Shown here one piece after another: positions 1-8,228 of a stretch of 39,920 nt of DNA. Position numbers and translations under genes: made by a program. Position 1 is the stretch's first letter. Every line of letters starts with the position of its first letter. The DNA comes from a virus (taxonomy: Duplodnaviria > Caudoviricetes). The stretch is from positions 1 to 39,920 of the IMG/VR virus record IMGVR_UViG_3300037601_000117. One strand, given 5' to 3'. The notes under the pieces were generated by a model, which made no database searches, was not told the DNA's origin, and saw only the letters and a program-made list of their open reading frames with translations.

Positions 1-1005
1 TTAGAGCCTGTTCCAGGCGCTGGCAACAGCCTCGGATGCGAGGTAGTGGCGGCGGATGATGGCCTCGGCGTCGGCGGCGGAGTGGCCGGAAATCGCGGCG
101 ATGTCGGCGATCGAGAGCCTTGCCTCGTGGTGCAGCCAGGACATTCCGGTGCCGCGCAGATCGTGAAACGTCACGCCCCTGATGCCGAGACGGGCCATTT
201 CCTTGCGCCAGCTGGCGCGGAAGCCGGTCGATGTCCAGCGCTCGCCGCGGGAATTGACCAGCACCGTGGCCCGGCCTGTCTCGCGCGCATCCTCCAGAAT
301 CGGCATCAGCATTGCCGCGGGCGTGATCCGCACGCGGGCGCCGGTCTTGCCCTGCCGGATCCATGCCCTTGTGCCATCCCATGCGAGCGTGGGCATGGTG
401 AGGCAATCGCCCTGGCGCTGCAGCGTGGTGAGCGCCATCACCATGGCGGCGCGGATGTGCGGGCGGGCGCTTTTCAGCACGGTGTCGATCGCGGCGCGTG
501 GCCATATGATATCCGCCCTCGATCCCGCATGCAGGCGGCCGACGCGCTCGAGCGGGTTGCGGGCGATCAGCTCCCGGTCGGCGGCGAAGGCCAGAATGCT
601 GGCCAGCACCGCCATGTGATAATCGGCCGAGCGCGGGGTGGCGCGCATCGTGTCGCGCCAGTCGATGAACAGGGTTCGCGCGCCGCGGGCCTCGATTGCG
701 CGGGCCGGCATGTCGCCGAACTCGGCGCGGATCACGCCCTCGATCCGCTCGTAGTCGGCCCGCGTCTTCGGTTTCAGCCTGGTGAAGGATGCGCTGGCGC
801 GCCACTGGTCGATAATGGCGGCAAGAGTGCCGGGCTTGCCTTCTGCCGGGCGGCTGGCCATGGCTCTCGCGTATTCGCGCATATAGGCCGGGCTGTCGGG
901 TTTGGCATATAGCCGCGGGCCGGAGCGCCAGGCGTAGTGGTATTCCACGCTCTTGCCTGCAGCGTTGGTGATCTTAATGATGTGCACGCCCGGCAGCTTT
1001 GCCAC
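1..1005 (-). CDS. int: Tyrosine recombinase / phage integrase
   Basis: Catalytic set R (LQRQGD), K (GKTG), HDLR, GH and Y (RHYL). Start placed at the GTG at 1005 behind a GGAAGG RBS; the ORF-track extension to 1131 looks spurious. Confidence 0.93.
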   Translation of the reverse strand: MAKLPGVHIIKITNAAGKSVEYHYAWRSGPRLYAKPDSPAYMREYARAMASRPAEGKPGTLAAIIDQWRASASFTRLKPKTRADYERIEGVIRAEFGDMPARAIEARGARTLFIDWRDTMRATPRSADYHMAVLASILAFAADRELIARNPLERVGRLHAGSRADIIWPRAAIDTVLKSARPHIRAAMVMALTTLQRQGDCLTMPTLAWDGTRAWIRQGKTGARVRITPAAMLMPILEDARETGRATVLVNSRGERWTSTGFRASWRKEMARLGIRGVTFHDLRGTGMSWLHHEARLSIADIAAISGHSAADAEAIIRRHYLASEAVASAWNRL

Positions 1006-1231
1006 GTTTTGCCTTCCATTTGTCGAGCGCCGATTCCGCGCTGTCTTCGGCCTCGTTGTCAAGCCGTCCCGCGGCCCCATGGCCGGGCGGGAACATGACG
1101 AGCGCGCCGTCGGGCTCAAACCGGACGGCAAGGCCGTGCAGCTCGGCCAGCCGCGCCGCGTCCTGCATCTCCACGCGGGTGAAGGTGCGGGCCTTCTTGC
1201 GGACTGCTTTGCGGGGGGCGGGCGCTGTCAT
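974..1231 (-). CDS. Small basic protein overlapping the integrase start, probable excisionase/RDF
   Basis: 85 aa, basic, directly upstream of and overlapping int. Function inferred from position. Confidence 0.55.
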   Translation of the reverse strand: MTAPAPRKAVRKKARTFTRVEMQDAARLAELHGLAVRFEPDGALVMFPPGHGAAGRLDNEAEDSAESALDKWKAKRGKAAGRAHH

Positions 1232-1497
1232 GGCTGATCGTCCAGATAGAGGCGAAGCGGGCCGCGCATGAAACCGCAGACCACCGGCCGTGGTGTGCCG
1301 TCCGGCATGTGCCCGGAATAGAAAGCGTCCACATCCGCGTCGGCCTTGGCGATGATCTGTTCATCGGTGGCTGAACGGTCCACCATGAAATTGCCGACAA
1401 GGAAACCTTCCTTGCCCGGGTGCTCCACACGATAGGTCACCCAAATAAATGGCGAGATGGCCGATCCCGTGCTTTCCGCAAATTCGTCAACGGTCAT
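1228..1497 (-). CDS. Hypothetical phage protein
   Basis: 89 aa ORF with ATGA-type overlaps to both neighbours. Confidence 0.65.
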   Translation of the reverse strand: MTVDEFAESTGSAISPFIWVTYRVEHPGKEGFLVGNFMVDRSATDEQIIAKADADVDAFYSGHMPDGTPRPVVCGFMRGPLRLYLDDQP

Positions 1498-2810
1498 CCG
1501 ATTTCACCTGATGCCAGATCGTGAGGGACGGGCGGGAGTGGATCCTCCGGTCGGGCCGGAGGATGACGAGGGGCGGGGAAGCCGTTGTGCTTGACGCCGT
1601 CGAGCAGGCGGCCGGCGCGCTTGGTGCCGACGTTCTGGAATGCGAAATGCTCAAGTTCTTCCCGGATGGCCCACAGGCCGCTATCCCATTTCCGGTCCTT
1701 GTCCATGTCGTCAGGGAAAAGAGCGAGGCCATCCTCGCTGTCGCCATTTTGTGCCTTCCAGGTCGGGCCGTGTTCCGGAGCCCACGGCAACCAGTCACCC
1801 CACTGCTTGAAGAAAAACGGCACCCCATTTTCCGTTCCCTGTCGGCCTTCGGCCTCCGCGCCTCCTGGTGCTGCGCACTGATCTCGGAGGTCGCGGGCCC
1901 AGTCGGGATGCATGGGCCGTGCGCCTGCCTTGCTCTCGCCGCCGACGATAATCCAGTCGAGACCGCGGCCGGATTGCGGAGGGAACAGCGTTCCCTTCGG
2001 GCGTCCGCGTCCGTTGAACTTATGGCTTCCGGTCCATCCGCCTTCGGCTCCGCATTCAGGGCATGTGCTGAAATACCGGCCAGCAAAGTATCCGCGGCAG
2101 GAGCTGCATTGCCATGAAATGGACAACCACCGGCGCAGATCAATCGGGCCCAGCAGCGGTTCGGCGCTTACGAAGCGGATCGCGGCCGGGGTGTCGAGAA
2201 GAAGCGGGATGCGCTCGTCGGCGCGGGTCTGGTCCTCGGCGGATACGCCAAGCCAGACGTTGGAAAGTCCGCCATAGATCGCTTCGATTGCAATCTCTCG
2301 ATAGTCCATTGCTCTTGCAGGATAAGTGGTCTTGATAGCGCCTGCGCTTTCACTTTCATGCTCCAGCATGATGTCAACGGCGTTGCCTCCGATATTGCCG
2401 GCCAGCAGTCTCGAACGGCTGTCCACATAATCCCGCATCCGCTCCGGCCGTTTCGTCAGCACCTGGAAGGTGTGCTGCGGGCAAAGCGCCATGACGGCAA
2501 AGATGCGGTCGATCACCTCGTCGGGCACGTTTTCGTGAAACAGGTCGCCATGGGCCGCGACGAACACCATGCGCGGGGTTTTCCAGCCGAGCGGCTGGGT
2601 CAGCCATTGCTCGTTGATGCTGATCCTGCCGTTCCACACCGGCCCGGCCTTGCCCATGGTGGTGAGGCCCTTGCGGCTGGGGTGGTTTTTGAGCCGTGTG
2701 CCTGCAAGCTTCATCGCGTAGCAATTGGTGCAGCCAGGGGAGACGACGGAACAGCCGGTGACCGGGTTCCATGTGGCATCGGTCCATTCGATCGAGGATT
2801 TTTCAGCCAT
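1494..2810 (-). CDS. Phage Gp37/Gp68 (DUF5131) family protein, radical-SAM-like
   Basis: Family motifs IEWTDATWNPVTGC..SPGC.NCYA, HTFQVLTKRP, WLGVSAEDQ, FVSAEPLLGP, WIIVGGES and PFFFKQWG. True start is MAEKSS at 2810. Confidence 0.9.
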   Translation of the reverse strand: MAEKSSIEWTDATWNPVTGCSVVSPGCTNCYAMKLAGTRLKNHPSRKGLTTMGKAGPVWNGRISINEQWLTQPLGWKTPRMVFVAAHGDLFHENVPDEVIDRIFAVMALCPQHTFQVLTKRPERMRDYVDSRSRLLAGNIGGNAVDIMLEHESESAGAIKTTYPARAMDYREIAIEAIYGGLSNVWLGVSAEDQTRADERIPLLLDTPAAIRFVSAEPLLGPIDLRRWLSISWQCSSCRGYFAGRYFSTCPECGAEGGWTGSHKFNGRGRPKGTLFPPQSGRGLDWIIVGGESKAGARPMHPDWARDLRDQCAAPGGAEAEGRQGTENGVPFFFKQWGDWLPWAPEHGPTWKAQNGDSEDGLALFPDDMDKDRKWDSGLWAIREELEHFAFQNVGTKRAGRLLDGVKHNGFPAPRHPPARPEDPLPPVPHDLASGEIG

Positions 2811-2812
2811 GG

Positions 2813-2920
2813 TCAGCCTTTCCGAAGCAGGTTTGCGGCAACGCCGAGCGCAATGGTGAGCGCCATGGCGGCGATGATGGCGCGATCGGCGGGTGTGAGT
2901 TTGGCGGGGCGACGGGTCAC
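2813..2920 (-). CDS. 35-aa single-pass membrane peptide (not in ORF track)
   Basis: GTG start overlaps the upstream TGA and follows an AAGGA RBS. Reads MTRRPAKLTPADRAIIAAMALTIALGVAANLLRKG and fills the gap in the operon. Confidence 0.55.
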   Translation of the reverse strand: MTRRPAKLTPADRAIIAAMALTIALGVAANLLRKG

Positions 2921-3186
2921 TCGTCGTTTTCCTTGTCGCTCTTGACGATCGACAGGCCTGGCCTGGACGGCTGAAGCGGTCCGCGGTCCCCGTCATCAAA
3001 ACAGCCGACATGATCGCCGCGAAGCTGCGCCCGCACGTGTTCGACGCCAATTGTCACATCCATCCGGTAAACGCGGTCATCGGGGCAATGATCATTGACC
3101 TGATAAAATTCAATCGGCTGATCGGAGTAAATCAACCAGCCGCCATCCTTGGCGACGTTGACGACGATACGGTTCGAACCGCTCAT
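2917..3186 (-). CDS. Hypothetical phage protein
   Basis: MSGSNRIVVNV..., 89 aa, TGATG coupling to the upstream gene. Confidence 0.65.
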   Translation of the reverse strand: MSGSNRIVVNVAKDGGWLIYSDQPIEFYQVNDHCPDDRVYRMDVTIGVEHVRAQLRGDHVGCFDDGDRGPLQPSRPGLSIVKSDKENDE

Positions 3187-3371
3187 CACACCCTCGCAAT
3201 CTCGTGGTGGCGTTCGGCGGTGTCGAGCGCGCGATAGATGCCGTGGGTGGTGACGCCGGCAAGGGCAAAGGCCAGGGCGGTCAGCAGGATGATGCCGGCG
3301 CGGGACATGGGCGGGCATTTCGTGGCGGCGAAGCGCTCGCCATCAAATCGAAGATGGGTGACCTGTGTCAT
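3186..3371 (-). CDS. Small membrane protein, first gene of the leftward early operon
   Basis: MTQVTHLRF..., 61 aa with one hydrophobic helix; AAGGA RBS upstream. Confidence 0.6.
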   Translation of the reverse strand: MTQVTHLRFDGERFAATKCPPMSRAGIILLTALAFALAGVTTHGIYRALDTAERHHEIARV

Positions 3372-3440
3372 CAGGTGAAATCCTTGGTTTATGGGTGCGA
3401 CGATGCCGGGGAAGCCAAACCTGCGGACCATCGGGAACTC

Positions 3441-3474
3441 AAAAAAAAGCGCCGGTACGCAAAACAAAACCGGC
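3441..3474 (-). terminator. Intrinsic terminator in the PL leader (tL1-like)
   Basis: On the minus strand, a GCCGGT...ACCGGC stem followed by GC and eight T. Confidence 0.6.
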
Positions 3475-3537
3475 CAGGCGGGGATGAAACGCATCCCTCA
3501 GGGTAACAGTCACAATCTCTGGGAGGTGACGGCTGAA

Positions 3538-3590
3538 GTAGTACACAATGCACCCAATGCGGTCAATCATAAAATGGTACAAAATGAACC
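3538..3590 (-). promoter_or_regulatory. Leftward early promoter PL with two repressor operators (OL)
   Basis: Minus strand TTGACC-N17-TACTAC. 15-bp sites AGTACACAATGCACC (3540-3554) and GGTACAAAATGAACC (3576-3590) match the sites between cI and cro. Confidence 0.75.
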
Positions 3591-3596
3591 ACTATG

Positions 3597-3626
3597 AAAA
3601 ACGCACCGCCGAAATGGGTGCGTTTT
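3597..3626. terminator. Bidirectional terminator, likely ending the immunity transcript (timm-like)
   Basis: AAAACGCACC-N9-GGTGCGTTTT perfect inverted repeat with T runs on both strands. Confidence 0.65.
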
Positions 3627-3833
3627 GTGCGAATCACCAAGAGCGGCCCGTGCGGGCCATGGCCTGCCGGGCGGAAAAGGAGAGCGTGATGGGGAAGACG
3701 TCGGGGCGCGATAGCGGCGAGGGGCTCATTGCCGTTGGCCGGATCATGTGTGACGAGGCCGCTACCGTGCATGTGCGCGCCGCAGAAAGCGGCGTGTGGC
3801 TCGCGGAGAAGGATCAGGCCATGAAAAGTTCAG

Positions 3834-4130
3834 TCAGTGTTCACGAAGCCTTTGAACAGCGTCTGAGCGAAGCTCATCGGCTGATTTGCCGTCACATGCG
3901 GACAGGGCTTCCTGCAAAACCAGAATTGCGCGTTCGTATATCGCCTGCTGTGTTTGCCGCATGGAAGCGTCGGGTTGCGGTGGGATCCGAACGGTTATTC
4001 GAACTCCATTCATGACTTCATGACCTGCGATCTCGTCAGCAAACGCTATCTTGAGTTTGCCAATAGTGAAGTCGTCGTAAGGCACGATGGATTCCCACTC
4101 AAACCACTCGTGGTTCAGTTTGTCCTTCAT
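3834..4130 (-). CDS. Hypothetical protein in the immunity region
   Basis: 98 aa, GAGGAAAG RBS, 14 nt after the lipoprotein stop, visibly more AT-rich than its flanks. Confidence 0.7.
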   Translation of the reverse strand: MKDKLNHEWFEWESIVPYDDFTIGKLKIAFADEIAGHEVMNGVRITVRIPPQPDASMRQTQQAIYERAILVLQEALSACDGKSADELRSDAVQRLREH

Positions 4131-4144
4131 GGTGGCATCTTTCC

Positions 4145-4564
4145 TCAGGCTGGCTTATCCGCCTCCGGGGTCTGCTCGGCCGTTTGCGGCGGGCAGGTGA
4201 AGCGGAACTCATATTGGGTGTTGAGCAGCTCGTAGCCGTTGTCGATGGTGCAGTGGGCGCGGCCTGTCCGGTCGAGATGTTTTCGCGCGGCGGCCTCGTG
4301 GCGCTGCTCGGGGGTTTGCACATCGGCGAGCCCGAAGGTCGCCCCCTTGACGAAGCCCTGACCAAATGCCTTGCCTATGCTGGTGGTGGTCATCAGCCGG
4401 TCACGCTGAGGATGCTCGAACACCCGGTAGGTGTCGTCGCCCATCGGCACCTGGGTGACAGACCGGATGTCGTAGCTCATCGCATCCTGCAGGCCGCCGG
4501 GCCTGCCCCCGCAGGCGGCAAGGCCGAGTGCTATCACCGGAACGAAAAGAACCCTGACATGCAT
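4145..4564 (-). CDS. Lipoprotein, candidate superinfection exclusion protein
   Basis: Signal peptide with lipobox LAA-C (MHVRVLFVPVIALGLAAC); GGGGAGG RBS. Confidence 0.8.
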   Translation of the reverse strand: MHVRVLFVPVIALGLAACGGRPGGLQDAMSYDIRSVTQVPMGDDTYRVFEHPQRDRLMTTTSIGKAFGQGFVKGATFGLADVQTPEQRHEAAARKHLDRTGRAHCTIDNGYELLNTQYEFRFTCPPQTAEQTPEADKPA

Positions 4565-4609
4565 GCGCGAAACCTCCCCTTGCCGCTGCCGCCTGCAGCC
4601 GCTGCTTGC

Positions 4610-4638
4610 AGGCTATGGCGATTTCTCGCGGGAGTCAA
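4610..4638 (-). promoter_or_regulatory. Sigma70-type promoter for the lipoprotein operon
   Basis: Minus strand TTGACT-N17-TAGCCT between the cI stop and the lipoprotein start. Confidence 0.5.
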
Positions 4639-4649
4639 AACGTACCGGT

Positions 4650-5300
4650 TTACATGTCGAGCACGGTGCGGCGCACGCGGCCGATCACCTTGACCATGCC
4701 CTGAAGCTGCGGCGGGTCGATCGCGTCGGTGGAGGCCGGGCGGAAGGGCGGATCTTCTGCCGGGCGGTAGCGCTTGTAGGTGGCGGCGCCGGTCTCGTCG
4801 GCAATCACGTAGCAGCCATTGGCGACGAGCCGCCGGTCGCGCCGGTTGACGAAGATGATCGATCCGGGCGGGGAAACCCGGTTCATGGATTCGCCCTCCA
4901 CGCGCAGCGCGATCCAGTCGCCATCCGGCAGGTCGAGCGTGGAAATGACCGGACAGTCGTCAAGGTCGGTGATGCCGTCCTGGCTTTCGATTTCGCCGGC
5001 GCTGACCCAGGTGACGAGCGGCACATCCACAGGCTGAAGCATCTCGGGGTCGACGTCGTCGGGCTGGCCGGTGCCCATGAAAAGCCACTCGGTGGAGACC
5101 CCGAAGGCCCGGGCGTATTTGCGGGCGTCTTCAAGCCCGAAGCTTGTTCGGCCTGAGTCGTGAGATTTGTAGGTGTTGTGATTCCATCCAAAATGGGCGC
5201 TGACCTTTTTGGTGCCGCCAATTTTTGAGCGCAGCCGTGCTTGGACCAACCGGTCTGCGCGCTGCTGCCTTTCCGCGATTTTGTCAGGGTTCATCAACAT
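4650..5300 (-). CDS. cI: CI-like repressor (XRE HTH plus S24 autopeptidase)
   Basis: N-terminal HTH (YARAFGVSTEWLFMG), VSAG cleavage site, catalytic GESM and TYKR. Divergent from a cro-like gene. Confidence 0.92.
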   Translation of the reverse strand: MLMNPDKIAERQQRADRLVQARLRSKIGGTKKVSAHFGWNHNTYKSHDSGRTSFGLEDARKYARAFGVSTEWLFMGTGQPDDVDPEMLQPVDVPLVTWVSAGEIESQDGITDLDDCPVISTLDLPDGDWIALRVEGESMNRVSPPGSIIFVNRRDRRLVANGCYVIADETGAATYKRYRPAEDPPFRPASTDAIDPPQLQGMVKVIGRVRRTVLDM

Positions 5301-5376
5301 GGCGCAAAGTGTACCTCGCACCAAAGGTGCACTGTGTAACAAAACTTGTTGACAGTAAGGTGGTCCACAATGTACC
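5301..5376. promoter_or_regulatory. OR region: three 15-bp operators and PR
   Basis: GGCGCAAAGTGTACC (5301-5315), GGTGCACTGTGTAAC (5326-5340) and GGTCCACAATGTACC (5362-5376), consensus GGTnCAnnnTGnACC. Perfect TTGACA -35 at 5349-5354. Confidence 0.8.
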
Positions 5377-5386
5377 CATTTCGCCC

Positions 5387-5641
5387 ATGACCCACGCGGA
5401 CCTGATCAATCTCTGGCCCTCGCTCTCCGCCTTCGCGGAGGATCTGGGCGTGCAATATGTGACGGCGAAGGCCATGCGGCGGCGCGTCTCGGTGCCCGCC
5501 GGCTACTGGCTGCGCATGATCGAATGCGCTGAGACACGCGGCATCGAAGGCGTGACGCTGGACGTTCTGGCGCGCGCTGCGGCCCATGACGAGGTTGGGC
5601 CGCCCGCCGAAGGTGAAGCCAACCCGGAGGCCGCACAATGA
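5387..5641 (+). CDS. cro: Cro-like repressor
   Basis: MTHADLINLWPSLSAFAEDLGVQYVTAKAMRRR..SVPAGYW, a small HTH protein divergent from cI. Confidence 0.8.
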   Translation: MTHADLINLWPSLSAFAEDLGVQYVTAKAMRRRVSVPAGYWLRMIECAETRGIEGVTLDVLARAAAHDEVGPPAEGEANPEAAQ

Positions 5642-5958
5642 CCGGACGTTACATCGGCCTCGATCGGGGTGAAAATGAAATTGCCGTCGGGGCATCCTCC
5701 TCCCGTCCCGACGGCGATGACGCCGGACAGCCTGACCTCGGGGCCACCGGCAAACCGGGCGCGGTGCAGCCTCCGCCCGCACCGCGCCCGGAGAACGATC
5801 TCGTCACCATTCACATTACACAGGCAACAGCGGTGATCCTGTCGGCGCTTGCCGCCGAGCGCGGGGTGAGCGTTGGCGGAATGGTGACTGTTCTCACGGT
5901 TGACGCCGCCGAGGCGATAGGCCTGGGGCGGCTGGCGCGGGATCTCATCGATGACTGA
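5638..5958 (+). CDS. Hypothetical protein (possible C-terminal RHH-like segment)
   Basis: 106 aa, ATGA overlap with cro, GGAGG RBS. Confidence 0.6.
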   Translation: MTGRYIGLDRGENEIAVGASSSRPDGDDAGQPDLGATGKPGAVQPPPAPRPENDLVTIHITQATAVILSALAAERGVSVGGMVTVLTVDAAEAIGLGRLARDLIDD

Positions 5959-6193
5959 TTTTCTTCTCACGCTCGGTATTGCCTGGTCGCTGCTTGTGCA
6001 GGCGGTGGCCTGTGGCGTGCTGATTGCCGACACCGACTGGCGGCGCCGGGCCGACGTGCTGACCACGCTGTTTGCCGTGCCGGGTGTTCTGGTTGCCGTT
6101 GTGGCGCTTGTTCTGATGGGCCGCGCGCCCGCCACTGACCTGGCGATGGCGCTCTGGACCGGTTTTCTTTCATCCGTATCCGGGGGCATCTGA
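5951..6193 (+). CDS. Small membrane protein
   Basis: 80 aa with 2-3 hydrophobic segments, overlapping the upstream gene. Confidence 0.6.
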   Translation: MTDFLLTLGIAWSLLVQAVACGVLIADTDWRRRADVLTTLFAVPGVLVAVVALVLMGRAPATDLAMALWTGFLSSVSGGI

Positions 6194-6316
6194 CCATGCC
6201 CGACCGGAAAACACCTCATTCTGTTTCTTGTAGAGGTTTGCCCCATGTTCAACTCCGTTTCCCTTGCCGATGGCGGGGGCCAACCGTGGTTTCAACCAAC
6301 CACGGAAAGGCCCGTC

Positions 6317-6883
6317 ATGTCCGGTATTTCGAGCGCCAAGTTTGGCGGAAATTCAACCAAAATTTGTGTCTCACGGGCCGCACCACGCCCTTCGGGCGCT
6401 GGCCCTGCGACGGCGCGCGAAACGGTTCGCGACGTCCGGTCGGACGCTTGGCCTGCGGCCGGGGCGGATGCAGCGACATCTCATGTGGAGGCGGTTTCGG
6501 TTCCGGGCGAAGCCCGCAAGCCCGACCGGGCGCCGGCGCCAGTGCGCCGCCCCGCCGGAGCGCAGGGCGAAGCCCGCTCGCGCGTGAGGCCCGAAACCCG
6601 CTGTTTCGACAGCCAGGGCTTCGTGCGCTTCCTTCGCGCGGCGTTTCCGCAATCGCCGGCGCAGCACCTGGCGCATCTGATCGGGTGTCCGGCCTCGACT
6701 GCGGAAAAGTGGCTGAGGCGCGAGGGCGCGCCCTCGGCACAATATCTCGCCGCGATGATTTCGCTGTTCGGCCCGGCCTTCGTGGCTGCGACGGTTCAGC
6801 CTTCCCCGGACTGGGCAGCCCGCGCCGCCCGTGACCAGAAGCGCGCGGAGCTGATCCGCGCGCTCGATGAATTGAACGACTGA
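6317..6883 (+). CDS. CII-position HTH transcriptional regulator
   Basis: C-terminal HTH AQHLAHLIGCPASTAEKWLRREGAPS. Start at 6317 follows GGAAAGG; an alternative start is 6245. Confidence 0.65.
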   Translation: MSGISSAKFGGNSTKICVSRAAPRPSGAGPATARETVRDVRSDAWPAAGADAATSHVEAVSVPGEARKPDRAPAPVRRPAGAQGEARSRVRPETRCFDSQGFVRFLRAAFPQSPAQHLAHLIGCPASTAEKWLRREGAPSAQYLAAMISLFGPAFVAATVQPSPDWAARAARDQKRAELIRALDELND

Positions 6884-6928
6884 CGCCGGGCAGGGCCATG
6901 CCGCCTCCGGCACGAGCTGGAGGATGTG

Positions 6929-7318
6929 ATGGCGGAGTTCGATCCCTATGCCGCGCGACAGACTGTTGCTTCTGCCGGGAAGGGTAAGGGTCCGCGGCCG
7001 AAGGAAAGGGCCGCGACCGAAGCGCTCGCCGAAGACAAGCCCGCGGTGCATGTGAGCGACGGCGGCAACACCGCACGTGAACAGCTGCGCTCATTTGTCG
7101 AGCGGATCGAGCGGCTTGAAGAGGAAAAGAAGGTGATCGCCGACGACATCAAGGATGTCTATGGCGAGGCCAAGGCGATGGGCTTCGACACCAAGGTGCT
7201 GCGCCGGGTGATCGCCATTCGCAAGCAGGACGAGAACGAACGCCTGGAGCAGGAGGCGGTGCTGGATACGTATCTCTCGGCTCTCGGAATGCTGGCTGAT
7301 CGTGAGGGGGGTGAGTGA
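6929..7318 (+). CDS. gapR: GapR-like nucleoid-associated protein (DUF2312)
   Basis: [57 protein letters not shown] signature. Confidence 0.9.
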   Translation: MAEFDPYAARQTVASAGKGKGPRPKERAATEALAEDKPAVHVSDGGNTAREQLRSFVERIERLEEEKKVIADDIKDVYGEAKAMGFDTKVLRRVIAIRKQDENERLEQEAVLDTYLSALGMLADREGGE

Positions 7319-8223
7319 TGCGGGCGATCGACCTTCAGGGGCTCAAGCGCCGGTCTGCCGGAAGCTACGGTGCCCCGCCTCGGCTTGAATGGCTGCCGAT
7401 CGATCAGTTGGTTATTGACGAGGAATATCAGAGGCCGATTGGGCGGGCGAACCGTGATGCCATACAGCGAATTGCCGACCAGTTTGACTGGTCGAAGTTT
7501 TCCGTTGTGGTTGTCTCTCCCATTGGCGGGGATCGCTACGCGATTATTGATGGACAGCACCGAACGCACGCCGCTGCCCTTTGCGGGCTCGACCGTGTGC
7601 CGTGCCAGATCCTGCGGCTCGACCGGGCCGGACAGGCGGCAAGCTTCGCCGCGATCAATGGTGCAGTGACCAAGATCACGCCATGGCAGATTTTCAAGGC
7701 GGCGCTTGCCGCAGGAACCCCATGGGCCCGCGCTGCGCATGAGGCAGTGGAAAAGGCCGGTTGCCGGTTGATGACCTACAACAAATCGAGCGCGGCGCGA
7801 CAGGCTGGAGAGGTTTACGGCGTCAACATGATCCGCGACATGATCGAGGATCACGGCGCTGAAACGGTGACTGCCGCCTTGGGCGCGTACCGCCGCGGGG
7901 CTTATGGAGACCTGCCGCTGGCTTGGGGTAATGTCTACATCAATGCCTGGCTGCGCGCTGTTGCAACCAGCGACATGATGCAGTGGGGCGATGGCGACCT
8001 GATCGATTTTCAGGCGCAATGCGACATTCTCGAACTCGACGACATTGCCGTGGCGGAGATCAGAAAACTCCGACGCGACGGCGAACCTGCGCCCGCGCGG
8101 CATGTGCGCCTGACAGGTCTGGTGCTCGAGGTTTGGGACACGTTCACCGAAGGTATGCGGGAAAATTCCCCCGCCGATGAACCTTCGGCGCCCGGACCGG
8201 CCATCGCAAACAGTCAGGAGTAA
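7318..8223 (+). CDS. ParB/Srx-like N-terminal domain protein
   Basis: LVIDEEYQR...IIDGQHR motif; TGATG coupling to gapR. Confidence 0.8.
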   Translation: MRAIDLQGLKRRSAGSYGAPPRLEWLPIDQLVIDEEYQRPIGRANRDAIQRIADQFDWSKFSVVVVSPIGGDRYAIIDGQHRTHAAALCGLDRVPCQILRLDRAGQAASFAAINGAVTKITPWQIFKAALAAGTPWARAAHEAVEKAGCRLMTYNKSSAARQAGEVYGVNMIRDMIEDHGAETVTAALGAYRRGAYGDLPLAWGNVYINAWLRAVATSDMMQWGDGDLIDFQAQCDILELDDIAVAEIRKLRRDGEPAPARHVRLTGLVLEVWDTFTEGMRENSPADEPSAPGPAIANSQE

Positions 8224-8228
8224 CGACG

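Noticed and set aside
3548-4015. Plus-strand 155-aa ORF with an AAGGAG RBS near 3680
   Set aside because: It crosses the operators and terminator and overlaps the better-supported minus-strand gene 3834-4130. A shorter product from about 3689 cannot be excluded.
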